This document shows, piece after piece, positions 1 through 15,604 of a stretch of DNA of 64,000 nucleotides. The position numbers and the translations under genes are program-made. Source of the DNA: the human T2T-CHM13v2.0 reference genome, Homo sapiens. Numbering within the stretch: the stretch's first letter is position 1; every line of letters starts with the position of its first letter. The DNA lies in NCBI RefSeq assembly GCF_009914755.1, contig NC_060937.1; one strand, 5' to 3'. A model generated the notes under the pieces. The model was not told where the DNA came from and ran no database searches. It saw nothing but the letters and a program-made list of their open reading frames with translations.

Positions 1-1024
1 CATATGTAATCATATCACCCTTAGTAACCTAGTGTACAGACAAATTATAGGTACGGCAAACTAAAATTTTAAATTATATTTAAGCTAATAAGGGATTTAA
101 AGTTTTAAAATGCTTTAGATTGTACACTCTTCAATCTGGAAGAGAAGAACTTTCATGCACAGCAACTGTTGTGGCTACTATTTATGTACTGAGTTACTTC
201 AGCAAGTGCATACACTGGCAGTTATCAGAGTGGATTATATTCTGGATGGCATAATAAATATACTTTGTCATCTCAATAAAACAATTTTATGTGTATGTAA
301 GAATCTGAATTTTATTCAGCCTTTTGTGTAGTCATGCTTTAGACCTCAGTAAACAACATGCAAACTTGTATAAGAATGTTGCTCTAATGTTAGAACGTTT
401 TTTACTCAATGGCAGTGCTACTTTCTACTGAAAACTGTGTTCTAATAGTGTATACCTTCAGTTACATGTTAGCAATCATAAATCAGTTTGTAAAATAATA
501 AACTAAATACTGAAGTGAGATAATTTGCTGTTGTTGATCATGTATATAATGAAAGGTTTATGGCAACATAAAGCTAAAAGACATACTAAAATTATGAGTA
601 CTCTGCCTTTTTCCAAAATAGACTTATGGAGACTCATAAAAATACATGAGCAATAGGATAAAACTAAAAATAAGTAAGGAAATTTGGCAATGGAAAATTT
701 AGATAGGATAAATATGAAGATAATAGAGAGACCCCCAAAAATATGTAATTCCAGACAAACCACAAATTTGGCCCCATACCTTTTCAACAGTCAATACAAA
801 GAAGGACATATGAGCCCTTAATCTGATTCTTACTATTTATAACATCACTTGATATAATGATATAATAATAAGACATCCCTTGATAGAATGCAATGAAAAA
901 TTGTCTTAAAGTAGCCACCTTGCAGTAGGAAAATACCAGTTTCATAGGGCTGTTTCTTATAGCAGCCTTCAAACTAAGTCAGTGGTATAAAATCAAGGCC
1001 TAAATGACTAAATTATATTTCTTT

Positions 1025-1026
<2 letters not shown>

Positions 1027-1066
<40 letters not shown>

Positions 1067-1348
1067 AGATGGAGTCTCGCTCTGTCACCCTGGCGGGAAT
1101 GCAGTGGCATGGCCTTGGCTCACTGCAAACTCCGCTTTCTGGGTTCAGGTGATTTCTCCTGCCTCAGCCTCCCAAGTAGGTGGGATTACAGGCGCACATC
1201 ATAACACCTGGCTAATTTTTTGTATTTTTAGTAGAGACGGGGTTTCACTATGTTGGCTAGATTTGTCTCGGACTCCTGACCTCGTGGTCTGCCCGTCTCA
1301 GCCTCCCAAACTGCTGGGATACAGAGGTGTGAGCCATCGTGCCCGGCC
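1027..1348 (-). mobile_element. Alu (AluS/Y-like), full length, long poly(T) on + strand
   Basis: T-run 1027-1065, then GAGATGGAGTCTCGCTCTGTCACC...GTGAGCCATCGTGCCCGGCC. Confidence 0.95.
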
Positions 1349-1569
1349 TCCTTGGGGATCTTAAACAGTGCATTCTAACTACACAGCGTTCTCACCCATC
1401 TGTTAAGAAGATCATAATCTTGGATTAAGTTCCAAGGATATAATTTAAAGAATATTGCAGATAGGATGTTTTGTCACATTTTTAACATCTTTTATAAATA
1501 TTTCTTCCTATCCTAATTGTGTGTCATGGCAGAAGTTACTTTTTATGCTTTAAAATGATACTGTCTTAA

Positions 1570-2340
1570 ATCATAGTGTTATTATGAGGGTTAAATGAAC
1601 ACAATGAATGGAATTCACATAACATTGTGCCTTGTATATATTAATTGCTTTAAAAAGGGTAGTTATTTTACCTCATATCTAAGGCTTAAGTTATGAGAAT
1701 GATAATACATATTGAGTATATGTATTTTCTGATGCTTCCTAAAGGGCAGAGCAGTAGCTGTGATAGTTGACTGAGTTAGGAGTAAGGTTGACCTCTTTTT
1801 ATAAAAGTTGAGAAATTTAACAAAAGCATGTATCTCATTATAAAGAAATCCACTAAAGAGAGTATCTGTGAAGAAGGCCAAGATTTTCATCAGGAAACAC
1901 TTTTAGGGTGCTCTGTCATAGGTAAATGGCTGGTCATTGTTGCAACATTATTTTCATGATGATACAAGGATACATTAACCTTGTCTGGAAATTTTACACT
2001 AAAAATCCATCTAGGAGATACAACCAGATATACTTCCTGAATAGGAAAACTGAATGGTAAGAAACCAATCATGCAAGATAAGAGGAAAGAACATTCCAGG
2101 GAGAGGGAACAGACCACTACACAGACCTTGAGGAGTGGACTTGGCATGATTCATGAACAGACAGCATGTCATTTTACTTGGAGCATAGTAGCCTACTAGG
2201 TGAGGGTAGTAGAGACATCATCAAGGCGAACAAAGGCTAGATCATGTAGGCTTGTAAGCAAGGGAAGGAGTTTGGGTTCTGTTCGGTCTGCAATGAGAAG
2301 TTTTTGCAAGGTTTAAACATGGAAATGCTACATATCTTAA
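1570..2340. mobile_element. Ancient MIR (~1570-1665) and L2 (~1800-2340) fragments
   Basis: GAGGGTTAAATGAA..(MIR core); GGAAAGAACATTCCAGGGAGAGGGAACAG..GGCTAGATCATGTAGG (antisense L2 motifs). Confidence 0.6.
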
Positions 2341-2874
2341 TTCACCCCCTGTTCCTCAATGTATTTACTCATCATTTAGCTTTAATTCCTTTTACTTCAC
2401 TTAAGATTTAACTCCAGCCTCTTTTCTTTGGTTATCTTTGTATTTCTTGACATTAAGTCCTGCTGCTTTTCTTTTGCCCTAAATTCTGTCAGTCCTCTGA
2501 CCTTTCTTATCTACCTGCCAATGATACGGTCTAGCCTCTTTGGATGACATCCATGATTTATTTTTTCTTTCCAGAGATTCTCTTTTATAGACAAATCAGT
2601 CAGCCCAGTGTCCTGCCAGTAATGAAAATTGGCAGATGATAGGGTTTGATGGAAATTAGAAAGCAATGCTGATTTGGTCCTTCTTCAATTTACACTGTAT
2701 GACAGCTATTTTGACTTTTCTTGCTGTTCACCAATGCTTTTATTCTTTTGTGTTGTCTGGACTTTCTTAAGCAATAGTTTCATCAAGTTTAAGGATCTGT
2801 GATAAGCTCTGTTCTAATTTAAGCTCAATGTTTTTGACTTTTTTATTTATCTCTTCTGTATTTGTGTATCTGAA

Positions 2875-3257
2875 CACAAATACACCATGGAATACTATGT
2901 GGCGATAAAAAAGGATGAGTTCCTGTCCTTTGTAGGGACACGGATGAAGATGGAAACCATCATTCTCAGCAAACTATTGCAAGGACAAAAAAACAAACAC
3001 TGCATGTTCTCACTCATAGGTGGGAATTGAACAATGAGAAACATGGACACAGGAAGGGGAACATCACACACCGGGGACTGTTGTGGGGTGGGGGGAGAGG
3101 GGAGGGATAGCATTAGGAGATATGCCTAATGCTAAATGACGAGTTAATGGGAGCAGCACACCAATATGGCACATGTATACATATGTAACAAACCTGCACG
3201 TTGTACACATGTACCCTAAAACTTAAAGTATAATAATAATAAAATTAAAAAAAAAAA
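2875..3257 (+). mobile_element. L1PA (PA3/PA4-like) 3' end, 5'-truncated, ~385 bp
   Basis: ATACACCATGGAATACTATG...CATGTTCTCACTCATAGGTGGGAATTG...GTACCCTAAAACTTAAAGTATAATAATAATAAAA. Confidence 0.95.
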
Positions 3258-4670
3258 CTGTGTGAACAAGGAATTCTTTGTCACATCTGTGCTTTGGTCA
3301 GTAATAGACCAGCAAGCAATTCATCCAGTCATCATGGGCGTGGCTCCAGGAGGACTTCCTGCGTCCATGGAAGGGATCATCCCTGGAGGCATCCCAGTGA
3401 CTCACAACCTCCCGACAGTGGCACATACTTCCCAAGCGCCCTCTCCCAACCAGCCCACAATCACGGGGACAATCGAGAGCACCCCAACGAGAAATAGTAG
3501 TGAATGCCAGAAGGTAATCATTTTGATACACTTGGGAACAAGGACAGTGAAAAATAGATGAACTAAGAGAAAAAGAATCTGACACTCTTTTTAGCTGATT
3601 CTGGACATATGCATCATTGATGTTGCAGTGTTAAAACTACAAGAGTTAGAAAGCTGAAGATGTTGTCTGTTTACGGAAGCTCTGAAAGACTAGGGTGTGA
3701 TTTATTAACGACCAGCTTCCGTTATTGTGTGTTAAGTTTTTCATCTGTGCGTCAAATCACAAAGAATAAATAGAACTTTTTCCTTTATCAGTCCCTTGGG
3801 CACAGCAGGTCAGGAAAACCCTGCTCAGAATGTTGCATCAGGACTTCAAACATCAAAATAAAAACCATGAGGAGGAAATCCCCATCTTGTCACTTGAGTC
3901 CCTTCAGTGTACAGGGACTGGTTACAGCTTTTTGCTAATAGGAAGATCACATTATTAGAAAATATGGAGTAAACTGTTTGCCTGTGGTAGACACCTGCAC
4001 GCATAGGATTGAAGACAGTACCGGCTCCTGTAAAGAGAAGCGTCTCTCACATCTGAACTGCATGCTGAGAGGGCAAGTTGGTTGTAAGTTCAGAAAAAGC
4101 CTCCGATAATGCAAAAAAAAAAGCAGTATTAAGTTTCACAAGTTGTTTGTAATCAAAAATATTTTCTCAGTTTCAGATGCTCTGCTATTTTATTGAGTGG
4201 AAAGTCTTGCACTAAAAAGACTCAAGAAAAATAATGTTGCTTTTTCTTATGTCACAAGAAACACTTTTAATGGTAACTTGTCAGATTGTCTATGAACAAA
4301 TCCACTTTTTAAGACACTGATAAAGTCTTCTTCACGTTGTATTTTATACAAGAACACTTCAGATGTATTGGATGTGACTGATGTTAACAAATCCTATTTG
4401 ATTTGCATCGATTAGTTACATGTTCTGTTCATAGTCTTTTGTGAATCATTGCCTTTTTGTTTAAAAAGATGGCCTATTTTGATCTTTTGATTAGGTACCT
4501 TCCTGTTTTTGTGACAAAAGAAAAACTTTAAAATTGTCACAAACAGAAAAATAATGGCTATCAGAAGTATGCTTTATTTTAGTGCAAGTTACCGTTACTG
4601 TAGTTGTTTATTGTAAAGATGGACATTTAGCATTCAGTGCAGTTTTCAATAAAATGTAATTAGAAAAAAA
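3256..4670 (+). pseudogene. CTBP2P: CTBP2 processed pseudogene, 5'-truncated (C-terminal coding region plus 3'UTR)
   Basis: Translates to NCVNKEFFVTSVLWSVIDQQAIHP-VIMGVAPGGLPASMEGIIPGGIPVTHNLPTVAHTSQAPSPNQPT/HGDNREHPNEK*, matching the recalled CTBP2 C-terminus; frameshift near 3460; stop 3495-3497; ~1.15 kb UTR with AATAAA 4648-4653 and A-run 4664-4670. Confidence 0.93.
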
Positions 4671-4699
4671 CTGCTTAATTAACAAAAACAGAGCATAGA

Positions 4700-5545
4700 C
4701 AACAAAATAATATTAGAAGTGATACATAAAGAAAATGAGATATCAATAAAAAGATTTTTAGAAACCAACAAAAACTGTGAATCTGAATAACACAATAACT
4801 ATATTAAAATTTCAATCAAGTCACAAAAGCAGACTAATAAAGTAGAAAAAATCATACAATTTATGACACTGTAGTTATAAATACTGAGTCATGAAAACAA
4901 ATTATTTAAACAGAATAGAGAAAAAAATATGGGACGTACTGCACACCATCAAGTAGACCATTGTATTTATAAAAGGAGTCTTAGAAAAAAAATACAGCAG
5001 AAAAGTAATAAAGAGATTATTTTTAAAAAGTAGCTGAGAAATCCCCAGATGACAAGGTAATTAAACAAGAAGATATACTGCCAAACAAAAACCTTCAACT
5101 GGAATAATTTCACTTCAGAAATAAAAAAAAAGCCTTTCCAGAATAAATAAAAGTTGAGTGTGTTACTAACCACTAGATCAGTCCTAAAGGAAATGTAAAA
5201 GAAAGTCTATCAAGTCCAAAAATGAAATGATGCTGCACAGCATCATAACAGCATATGAAAATAGAAAGTGCTATATTAAAGGTAAATATACAAACAGGTA
5301 TAGAAATCTCTACTGTCATAATGATGGTGCACAAAATTTTCAAAATATTGCTATGGAGTTTAAAAAATGAAGCACAAATCTGCATAAATGTGTGTTCATA
5401 GTTACTCAATAAGAAAAGATAATATGTGATATTAATAACACAGTGGGGGTATGAAAAGGTACAACTTTGCATTCATTTGAAATATGGTTGTTATATATTG
5501 TCATAACTGTAAGATGATTTATGAAGTCTATTTCTCAAGATGATT
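4700..5545 (+). mobile_element. Old L1M fragment (ORF1/inter-ORF-like)
   Basis: A-rich degenerate L1-like motifs (CACCATCAAGTAGACCA.., ACTAACCACTAGATCAGTCCTAAAGGAAATG). Confidence 0.55.
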
Positions 5546-5560
5546 ACCAAAAATACCTGT

Positions 5561-5902
5561 AGACCTCTGGTCGTCCTCCCACTGCTACATTCCCACTAGC
5601 TCCACCACAGTTTACAAATGCCATGGCAATATCAGAAATTTACCCTACATGGTCTTAAAAAAAAAAAAAAGGAGGCATAAATAATCCACCTCTTGTTTAA
5701 CATATTATCTAGAAATAACCATAAGAATGGGTTACCAGCAGCCCTTGGGCTGCTCTGTCTATAAAGTAGCCATTCTTTTATTCTTCTACTTTCTTAATAA
5801 ACTTGCTATCACTTTACTCTATGGAGTCGCCCTGAATTCTTTCTTGCACCAGATCCAATAACCCTCTCTTGGAGTCTAGATCAGGACACCTTTCCTATAA
5901 CA
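5561..5902 (+). mobile_element. MER41(A)-like ERV1 LTR, 5'-truncated
   Basis: AGACCTCTGGTCGTCCTC..CAGTTTACAAATGCCATGGCAA..CTTAATAAACTTGCT..TTTCCTATAACA (terminal CA at 5901-5902). Confidence 0.8.
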
Positions 5903-6089
5903 GAAGGATGGGAAACAACTGGAACCTTCATCAACAGCTGGCAGAGTGTAAACTGATACAGCCACTGCAAAATTTTTAGCAGTATCTCCTAAAACTGTAC
6001 GCATGCTCTATAAAGCACTTGCACTCCCAGACACAGATCAAATTAAAGTACACACGTGTGCACCGAAAGGTAAGGACAAGAAAGTTCAG

Positions 6090-6385
6090 GGCCGGGAACA
6101 GTGGCTCATGCCTGCAATTCCAGCACTTTGGGAGGCCGAGGCAAGCAGATCACCTGAGGTCAGGAGTTCGAGACCAGCCTGGCCAACATGGCAAAACCCC
6201 GTATCTACTAAAAAAAAATTAGCCAGGCGTGGTGGTGGGGACCTGTAATCCCAGCTTCTTGGGAGGCCGAGGCAGGGAGAATTGCTTGAACCCAGGAGGT
6301 GGAGGTTGCAGTGAGCTGAGATTGTGCCATTGCACTCCAGCCTGGGTGACAAGAGCAAGGCTCCATCTCCAAAAAGAAAGAAAGA
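6090..6385 (+). mobile_element. AluS, full length
   Basis: GGCCGGGAACAGTGGCTCATGCC...; TSD-like AAGAAAGTT(C/T)A on both sides. Confidence 0.95.
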
Positions 6386-6633
6386 AAGTTTATAATGGCA
6401 TTACTCATAATGGACCCAAGCTTGGAAGAACCTGAATGCCAGCCAACAGCAGAACAGATAAACATATTGTGCAATATTAGTAAAGCTGAATGCACACAAC
6501 AATAAACAAACCACTGCCATGTGCAACACCATGGATAGAGCTCACAAGCCTAAAGCTGAGAAAAGCAGCCAAAAGAAAAGATCCCACTTATAAAGCGAAT
6601 AATAGGAAAACTAATCTATAGTGTAAAAAGTCA

Positions 6634-6981
<348 letters not shown>

Positions 6982-8245
6982 TTAGGTGTTAACTATGTGA
7001 AAATTTTGAGTTGTACGTTCATGATCTCCTTACCTGTATGCCTCTTATACCACAATAAAAAAAATTAAGTATGAGACTAACATAATAGAGCTTAAAATGT
7101 GCAGAAATTGAGGGAGCTCGCCCAAGGAAACCATTACTAAACAGATACTAAAAGATTTCAGACAGGAGGAAAATGATCCCAAGTGGAAGATCTGGGATAT
7201 AAGAAGAAATGAAGAGCAGGAAAAAGACAGGTGAATATATGGATAAAACTAAACAAATGTGAAATGTATAAAACAATAGAAGTAATGTCCCATGAAATAT
7301 AAAAAGAAAAATGATAAAATATATCAAAACAACTTTGATGGATCATAAGATAATTATGCTGAATAAAAAAACTCAATCTCAAAATATTAGACATTGTATG
7401 GTTTCATTTACATGTGTTCTTGAAATAAAGTCACAGAGATGAAAAACCCATTAGTGGTTGCCAGGGGTCAGGGAGTGAGGAACGTGTTTGTGACTATAAA
7501 ATGGGTAGCACAAGGGATCCATCCTTCTGATGGAACTGTTCTGTATCTTGACGATGGTGATGGTGGTTAGGTATCTAATCTATATACACGATAAAATTTC
7601 ATAGAACTAAATACACAAAAAAAACTAAAAGTGCACATAAAACTGGTGAAATCTGAAAAAGGTAGTTATGCAAGACGTTACCATTGGGAGAAACTGAGTG
7701 AAGACTATATTGGATTTCTTTATATTATTTCTTAAAAGCACCTGTGAATCTGCAATTATGTCAAAACAAAAAGTTGAAAATATACTGTTGTAGCATAACT
7801 CAAGAGGAGTTTAATGCAATGAAAGTATTCTTAAGTTATCCTATCACCCAGGAGGAGGATAAATTTTCAACTTTCATAACTTAAATATGCACATTTAAGT
7901 TAGCATGACAGTTACTAAAAGAATATAAACAAAGACTAACTTAAAATGACTAGAGAAGAAAAAAAATCCCACCAATTGAAAAGAAGGCAAGAAAGGAAAA
8001 AAGAAACATAAGTAGGATAAATAGAAAGTGACAAAATGACACAAACACACATGCATGTACATACACACCACTCACCATCTATACAGAATCCAAGTATGTC
8101 AGAATACAAATACATGCAAATGGACTAAGTAATCCAGTTAAAGATGGATAAATTGTTAAAATCCCATTCCATGCTATTTATAAGTCATATTTAAAATACA
8201 AAGATATAGAATGATTTTAAAAGGTATTAAAATATGTATCAGAGG

Positions 8246-8541
8246 AGCCGGGCTTGGCGGCACATGCCTTTAATCCCAGTGACTCAGGAAGCAGAGGTGA
8301 GAGGATCACTTGAGACCAAGAGCTCAAGACCAGCCTGGGCAATATAGCCAAATTCTATCTCTAAAGAAATAAAAACAATTATTTGGCAGTGGTGGCACAC
8401 ATCACTCTAAAGACTGAGGTAGGAGGATCATTTGAGCCCAGGAGTTTAAGGCAGCAGGGAGCCACAGACACGTCTGTGAACAGCCCCTGCACTATAGCCT
8501 GGGCAGCACAGTGGAAAAAAAAATACACACACACACACACA
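8246..8541 (+). mobile_element. Degenerate AluJ-like element ending in short (CA)n
   Basis: GCCGGGCTTGGCGGCACATGCC..GAGGATCACTTGAG..; ACACACACACACACAC. Confidence 0.8.
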
Positions 8542-9125
8542 CGTGAAAGATACACAGTGCAAAGTCTAACCAAAGTTACTATAGCTATATCATACATAAT
8601 GTTGAAAGCATACATAAATGAAGGAAAACATTTCATTTTGATAAAAGTTCAAATTAAAAAAAAAGATGTATTTTTTTGAATCATATGCACCCAAGTACAG
8701 CCTCAAAAAGCAAAAGTTGACAGATGAGGAGACAGACAAATCCATGCTTCTAGTAGGATATTTAATATATCTCTCAGTAAATAAAGTATAAAAATAATTA
8801 GGGAGGATGAAGATTTAAAATTATGAAAAAATAGAATAAATGCACACATACAGAACATGAGATTTAGCTGCAGAAATAGACTTCCCTTCAAGAAACTGTG
8901 GACAAGTTCAAAAATTAACCACATAGACGAGTGTTAAAACAAGTAAAAAATTTCAAAGAAAGTGGAGAGATCATAATTTCTGGTAACAATTTTAGAAACT
9001 TTCTAAAAGTATACTTTTAAATAGCCCATAGCTTGAAGATAACATAAGGCAAATTCATCATCAATTCTACATATTAAAAACTGTAGGATATAATTAAATA
9101 CATTCATAAGGGGAAAATGATAGTC

Positions 9126-9338
9126 TTTTTTTTTTTTTTTTTGAGATGGGGTCTCACTCTGTCACCCCGGCTGGAGTGCAGTAGCACAATCTTGGCTTAC
9201 TACCCTCCACCTCCTGGGCTCAAGTGAGCCTCCCACCTCAGCCTCCCGAGTAGCTGGGACCACAGGCTCACACCACTATACCTGGCTAATTTTTTGTGTG
9301 TTTGGTAGAGATAAAGTTTCACCATGTTGTCCAAGCTG
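9126..9338 (-). mobile_element. Alu (J-like), truncated
   Basis: poly(T), GAGATGGGGTCTCACTCTGTCACC.. Confidence 0.9.
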
Positions 9339-9397
9339 GGGAAATTTATAGTCTTAAATGAGAACATTAGAAAAGGAACTTGGAAAAAACATCAACA

Positions 9398-9673
9398 GAC
9401 CGGGCACAGTGGCTCAAGCATGTAATCCCAGCACTTTGGGAGGCCGAGGCAGGTGGATCATGAGGTCAAGAGATCGAGACAATCCTGCCCAACATGGTAA
9501 AACCCCATCTCTACTAAAAATACAAAAATTAGCTGGGTGTGGTGGCGCACACCTGTAGTCCCAGCTACTCTGGAGGCTGAGGCAGGAGAATTGCTTGAGC
9601 CGAGATTGTGCCACTGCACTCCAGCCTGGTGAAAGAGTGAGACTACGTCTCAAAAAAAAAAAAAAAAAAAAAA
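9398..9673 (+). mobile_element. AluSc-like, small internal deletion, poly(A) tail
   Basis: GACCGGGCACAGTGGCTC..GGATCATGAGGTCAAGAGATCGAGAC.. Confidence 0.92.
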
Positions 9674-9809
9674 CCTAAGCATCAGTCAATAAATCAGACA
9701 AAGAACAAGTTAAATTCAAAGAAAGAAAAAGGAAAAACATAACAAACAAATGAAATACAAAAGAAACACACAATAGAATCAGCCAAGCTAAAACTTGTGG
9801 TTCTTTTGG

Positions 9810-9960
9810 TTTTCAGATAGGGTCTCATTCTGTTGCCCAGGTTGGAGTTTAGTGGCTCAATCACAGCTTAGTACAGCCTCCCCCTTACAGGCTCAAGCGA
9901 TCTTCCCACCTTTTCCTCTCAAAGTGCTGGGATTACAGGTATGAGCCACCATGCCCTGCT
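9810..9960 (-). mobile_element. Internally deleted Alu
   Basis: AGATAGGGTCTCATTCTGTTGCCCAGG..CAAAGTGCTGGGATTACAGG. Confidence 0.8.
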
Positions 9961-10064
9961 AAAATCTGGTTCTTTAAAAATACATTATAAAATTCACAGA
10001 CCTTTAGCAAGATTTGTCAAGAAAAAGCAGTCAAAAAACAATCTTGCACAGGAGGACTGTACTA

Positions 10065-10404
<340 letters not shown>

Positions 10405-10434
10405 TTATTTATGCCAACAGACTTTAAAGCATAG

Positions 10435-10733
<299 letters not shown>

Positions 10734-11090
10734 GTGAGATATGAATTTCTAGGGAAAAAAATCAAAATTCACTCAAAAAGTAGAAAAAAAACTTACATAG
10801 ATTAAATATATTGAATCAGTAATGAAAAAACTTCCCATAAAGAAATTTCCAGGCCCAAGTGCCTTCACCAAAAAGTTCCATGAAACATACAAGAGAAACA
10901 AACCAACCAAACAAAAAAAAAACTCTTCCACTAACACAAACAGAATACAGAAAGAAGACTCCCCAGTTCATTTTACAAGGTTAAAATAAAAATAACCTTG
11001 ATATCAAAACCCAATAAGGCAAGGGCAAGAAAAAATATTTACAGGCCATCATTATTCAACGTGGATCAGAAATTATTTTTAAGATGTACT

Positions 11091-11380
11091 AGCCAGGTGT
11101 GGTGGTCATACCTATAATCCTAGTAGTTTGGGAGGCCCGAGTGAGAGGATGGCCTGAGCTCAGGAGTTTGAGACCAGCCTGGGCAACAAGGCAAAATCCA
11201 GTCTTTATAAAAAATACAAAAATTAGCTGGGCATGGCAGCACACCTATAGACCCAGCTATTCAGGAGGCTGAGGTGGGAGGATCACTTGAGCCTAGCAGG
11301 TTGAGAATGCAGTGATCCCTGATCATGCCACTGTGCTCCAGCCTGGGCAACAGAGTGAGACCCTGTCTCAAAACAACAAC
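11091..11380 (+). mobile_element. AluJ-like, full length
   Basis: AGCCAGGTGTGGTGGTCATACCTATAATCC..GAGACCCTGTCTCAAAAC. Confidence 0.92.
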
Positions 11381-11619
11381 AGAAAGATATACTGACCACC
11401 TGTGATGCTGGCCAGGATGGCGTATGCATGCTATGGCCTGTCATTTCCACTGATCACAATTTGAAACTCTGGACAAAATATAAATAGCAATGACCTAAGT
11501 ACTCTGAAAAGTAACCAGCAGACAGGTTGGGAAACGTCAAAACCTGAAGAATTATCTGGATGGCGGTGGTGAGAGATCATATTCTGAGTCATAAAACAAA
11601 CCCTAAAGTTAAACAATTA

Positions 11620-12910
11620 AAATTCAGTGAATTATTTTCTCTGATGACAGAATTAAACTAGGAATCTAGAACATTTCTAGAACATTCCCAACTATGAGAA
11701 GTTAAATGGTGTACTTCTAAATGGCCCATAGGTCAAAGAGAGTATCTTAAGACAAATTGGAAAACAGTTTGAACTTAATAAATATGACATCATCTTATCA
11801 AAATATGTGCTTACAGGTCAATTTATAGCACTAAATTATGAGAAATGAAGCATCAAATCAATAATGTAAGCATTTACTTTAAGTAAAAAAAGAACCAAAT
11901 AAACTCAAATCAGGCATAAGAAAAACAGACTAAATCAGTAATATTTAAACAAAAACAGTAAAGGAAAAAAATTCAACGAAATCCAAAGTTGGTTCTTTGC
12001 AGGGGTGGTGGGAGGTGGAAATCAATCAAATGAGGAAGCCTCTAGCAGACTGACAAAGGAAGAAGAGAAAACACAAATTGCCAATACCAGAAATGAAAGG
12101 AATATTATTACAAATCCTGTAGACACTAGAAGGCTATAATGGATACTACAAAAACAAAACAACTATATGCTTCTAAATTCTACAAATTAGGTGAAATAGG
12201 TCAATTCCTTGAAAGACAGACTACCAAAACTCAAGAAGAAACAGACAGCTTGAATACCCCTGTATTTATTAAAGAAACAGAAGTGGCACAGCACTTTGGA
12301 AGACAATTTGGCAGGTTCTGATAAAGTCAAACGTACACGGACCATGTGACTCGGCAATCCTACCCTTAGGCATTTGCACAAGTGAAATGAAAACCTATGC
12401 TCAGACAAAAAGCACCTTGTGAATTCCAATCCACTTATAATTTACCAAAAAGTGAAAATAGTCCATATTCCTCCAATGACAAACAAATAAGCAAACCATG
12501 TAGTATTTATACAATGGATTACTATTTGGCAATAAAAAGGAATAACTGTGATGCAGTACATGAAAGTAGCCAGACTCAAAAGGCTACATCCTGAACGATT
12601 CCATTTGTATAAAATTCTGAAAAAAAAGCAATGCTAGAGGAACACAGATCAGTGATTGCCAGAAGTTTACAATGGAAGGTTTTACTATAAAGGGCAAGGT
12701 AATTTTTGGAGTGATCATATAATTTTGTAATCTACCAAAAACAAACATAATAAATGGGCAGATAAGTAAAGTTCACGGATTGGAAAGTTCAATATTGCAA
12801 AGGTCTCCCAAAAATGACCTATCAATTTAATCCCAGTGGAAATTCCAATCAGTTTTGTGAAGGCTGCTAAGTCAACTCTAAAATGGCCAAGAATAGACAA
12901 GATCACCGGA
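11620..12910 (+). mobile_element. Old L1M ORF2 and 3' fragments
   Basis: Degenerate ORF2 peptide (KQLYASKFYKLGEIGQFLER..QEETDSLNTP), AAAGTTGGTTCTTTG, GCAATCCTACCCTTAGGCATTT. Confidence 0.75.
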
Positions 12911-14009
12911 GAGGAAGCAGGGAGGTGGACACAAATATCTTCTGATTGATGAGTGAAATCATTAGAAGGCCAGCAAAAATACAAGTAAGCCAGAATTTCT
13001 AAAGCACCACAAAAGAACACTAGTTAGTAGAGCATATAGGTATCTCCCAAATTTGTTGTAAACATAGGCCTTTAAAAAAATATTAGAAACTGATATTTAA
13101 AGAGATATAAACTCATATTAAGCTTTTAAAAAATTCTAAGCAAGGGCCTCACCTAATTTCATAAAAGGTTGCATAGAAGCAACCATTGCTGCAAACGATG
13201 TGCTGCCCTGAGATGTGAGGATCCCAGTGGTCCCTCTGGGTCAACAGCAGCTACCGCGGCTGAGCCCAAACTCTGATACATTATCTACAATCATTATTTT
13301 TAACAATTTATATCAATGCTACCCATAAGGCACAGAGAAGCAGAAATGTTTATGTGGCCTCCTGCCAAAAACACTTGCACTTATTTCTAGGACTACTCCA
13401 GAAGACAGTATTAGAAGTTTTTCAATTTAGAAAAACATTTACAGCAAAGAAAAAAATCTCTGTAAATTTCCTGCTTAACCAATCTAGTGAATTGTGATGA
13501 GCCATATAAATTCATTTAGCCACCTTATGAAAGACTTAATCCAAAGTCACTTCTAACTTCTAGAAGAGCTAATGCATTATAATAACAGTTGTGAAAGACT
13601 CAAAGGCCAGAAATGTCAAGGTGTGGTCTATATCTTAAGTCCAGAAAAAAAACAAAAAGCAACATGTACAGGCCAAATGATTGCCAATTTCTTCTGCCTA
13701 TGTCATCTTTCTTCACTATAACCTGAAATTACATTTCATGTTTGACAATTCTCAGCAAGGAGACAAAACAAGCTTATGAGTAAAATAATAGAAAGCAGAG
13801 CCACAGAGAGTACGAGAGGCAGGAGTCATCTCCCAAGTCCAAGTTCAACTTCTATATTATTAGTCAGGGCCTCAGTGTCTTTGAACTGTAAGGAATTAAT
13901 ATTGATTGTAGCATGAGTAAAACCTATCTTCTACTCATCATGAAAAGTCACAGTCGTTTTGTTTAAAGACTCCAGAATTATTATGGGCAGAAACAAGAAG
14001 GTTACACAC

Positions 14010-15604
<1,595 letters not shown>

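Noticed and set aside
780-973. Minus-strand exon-like segment with AAG|GTATGG donor
   Set aside because: Weak acceptor and no recognisable product; compatible with chance
3262-3561. 99-aa ORF as a functional CTBP2-like protein
   Set aside because: Starts at an internal GTG, lacks the dehydrogenase domains and is frameshifted near 3460
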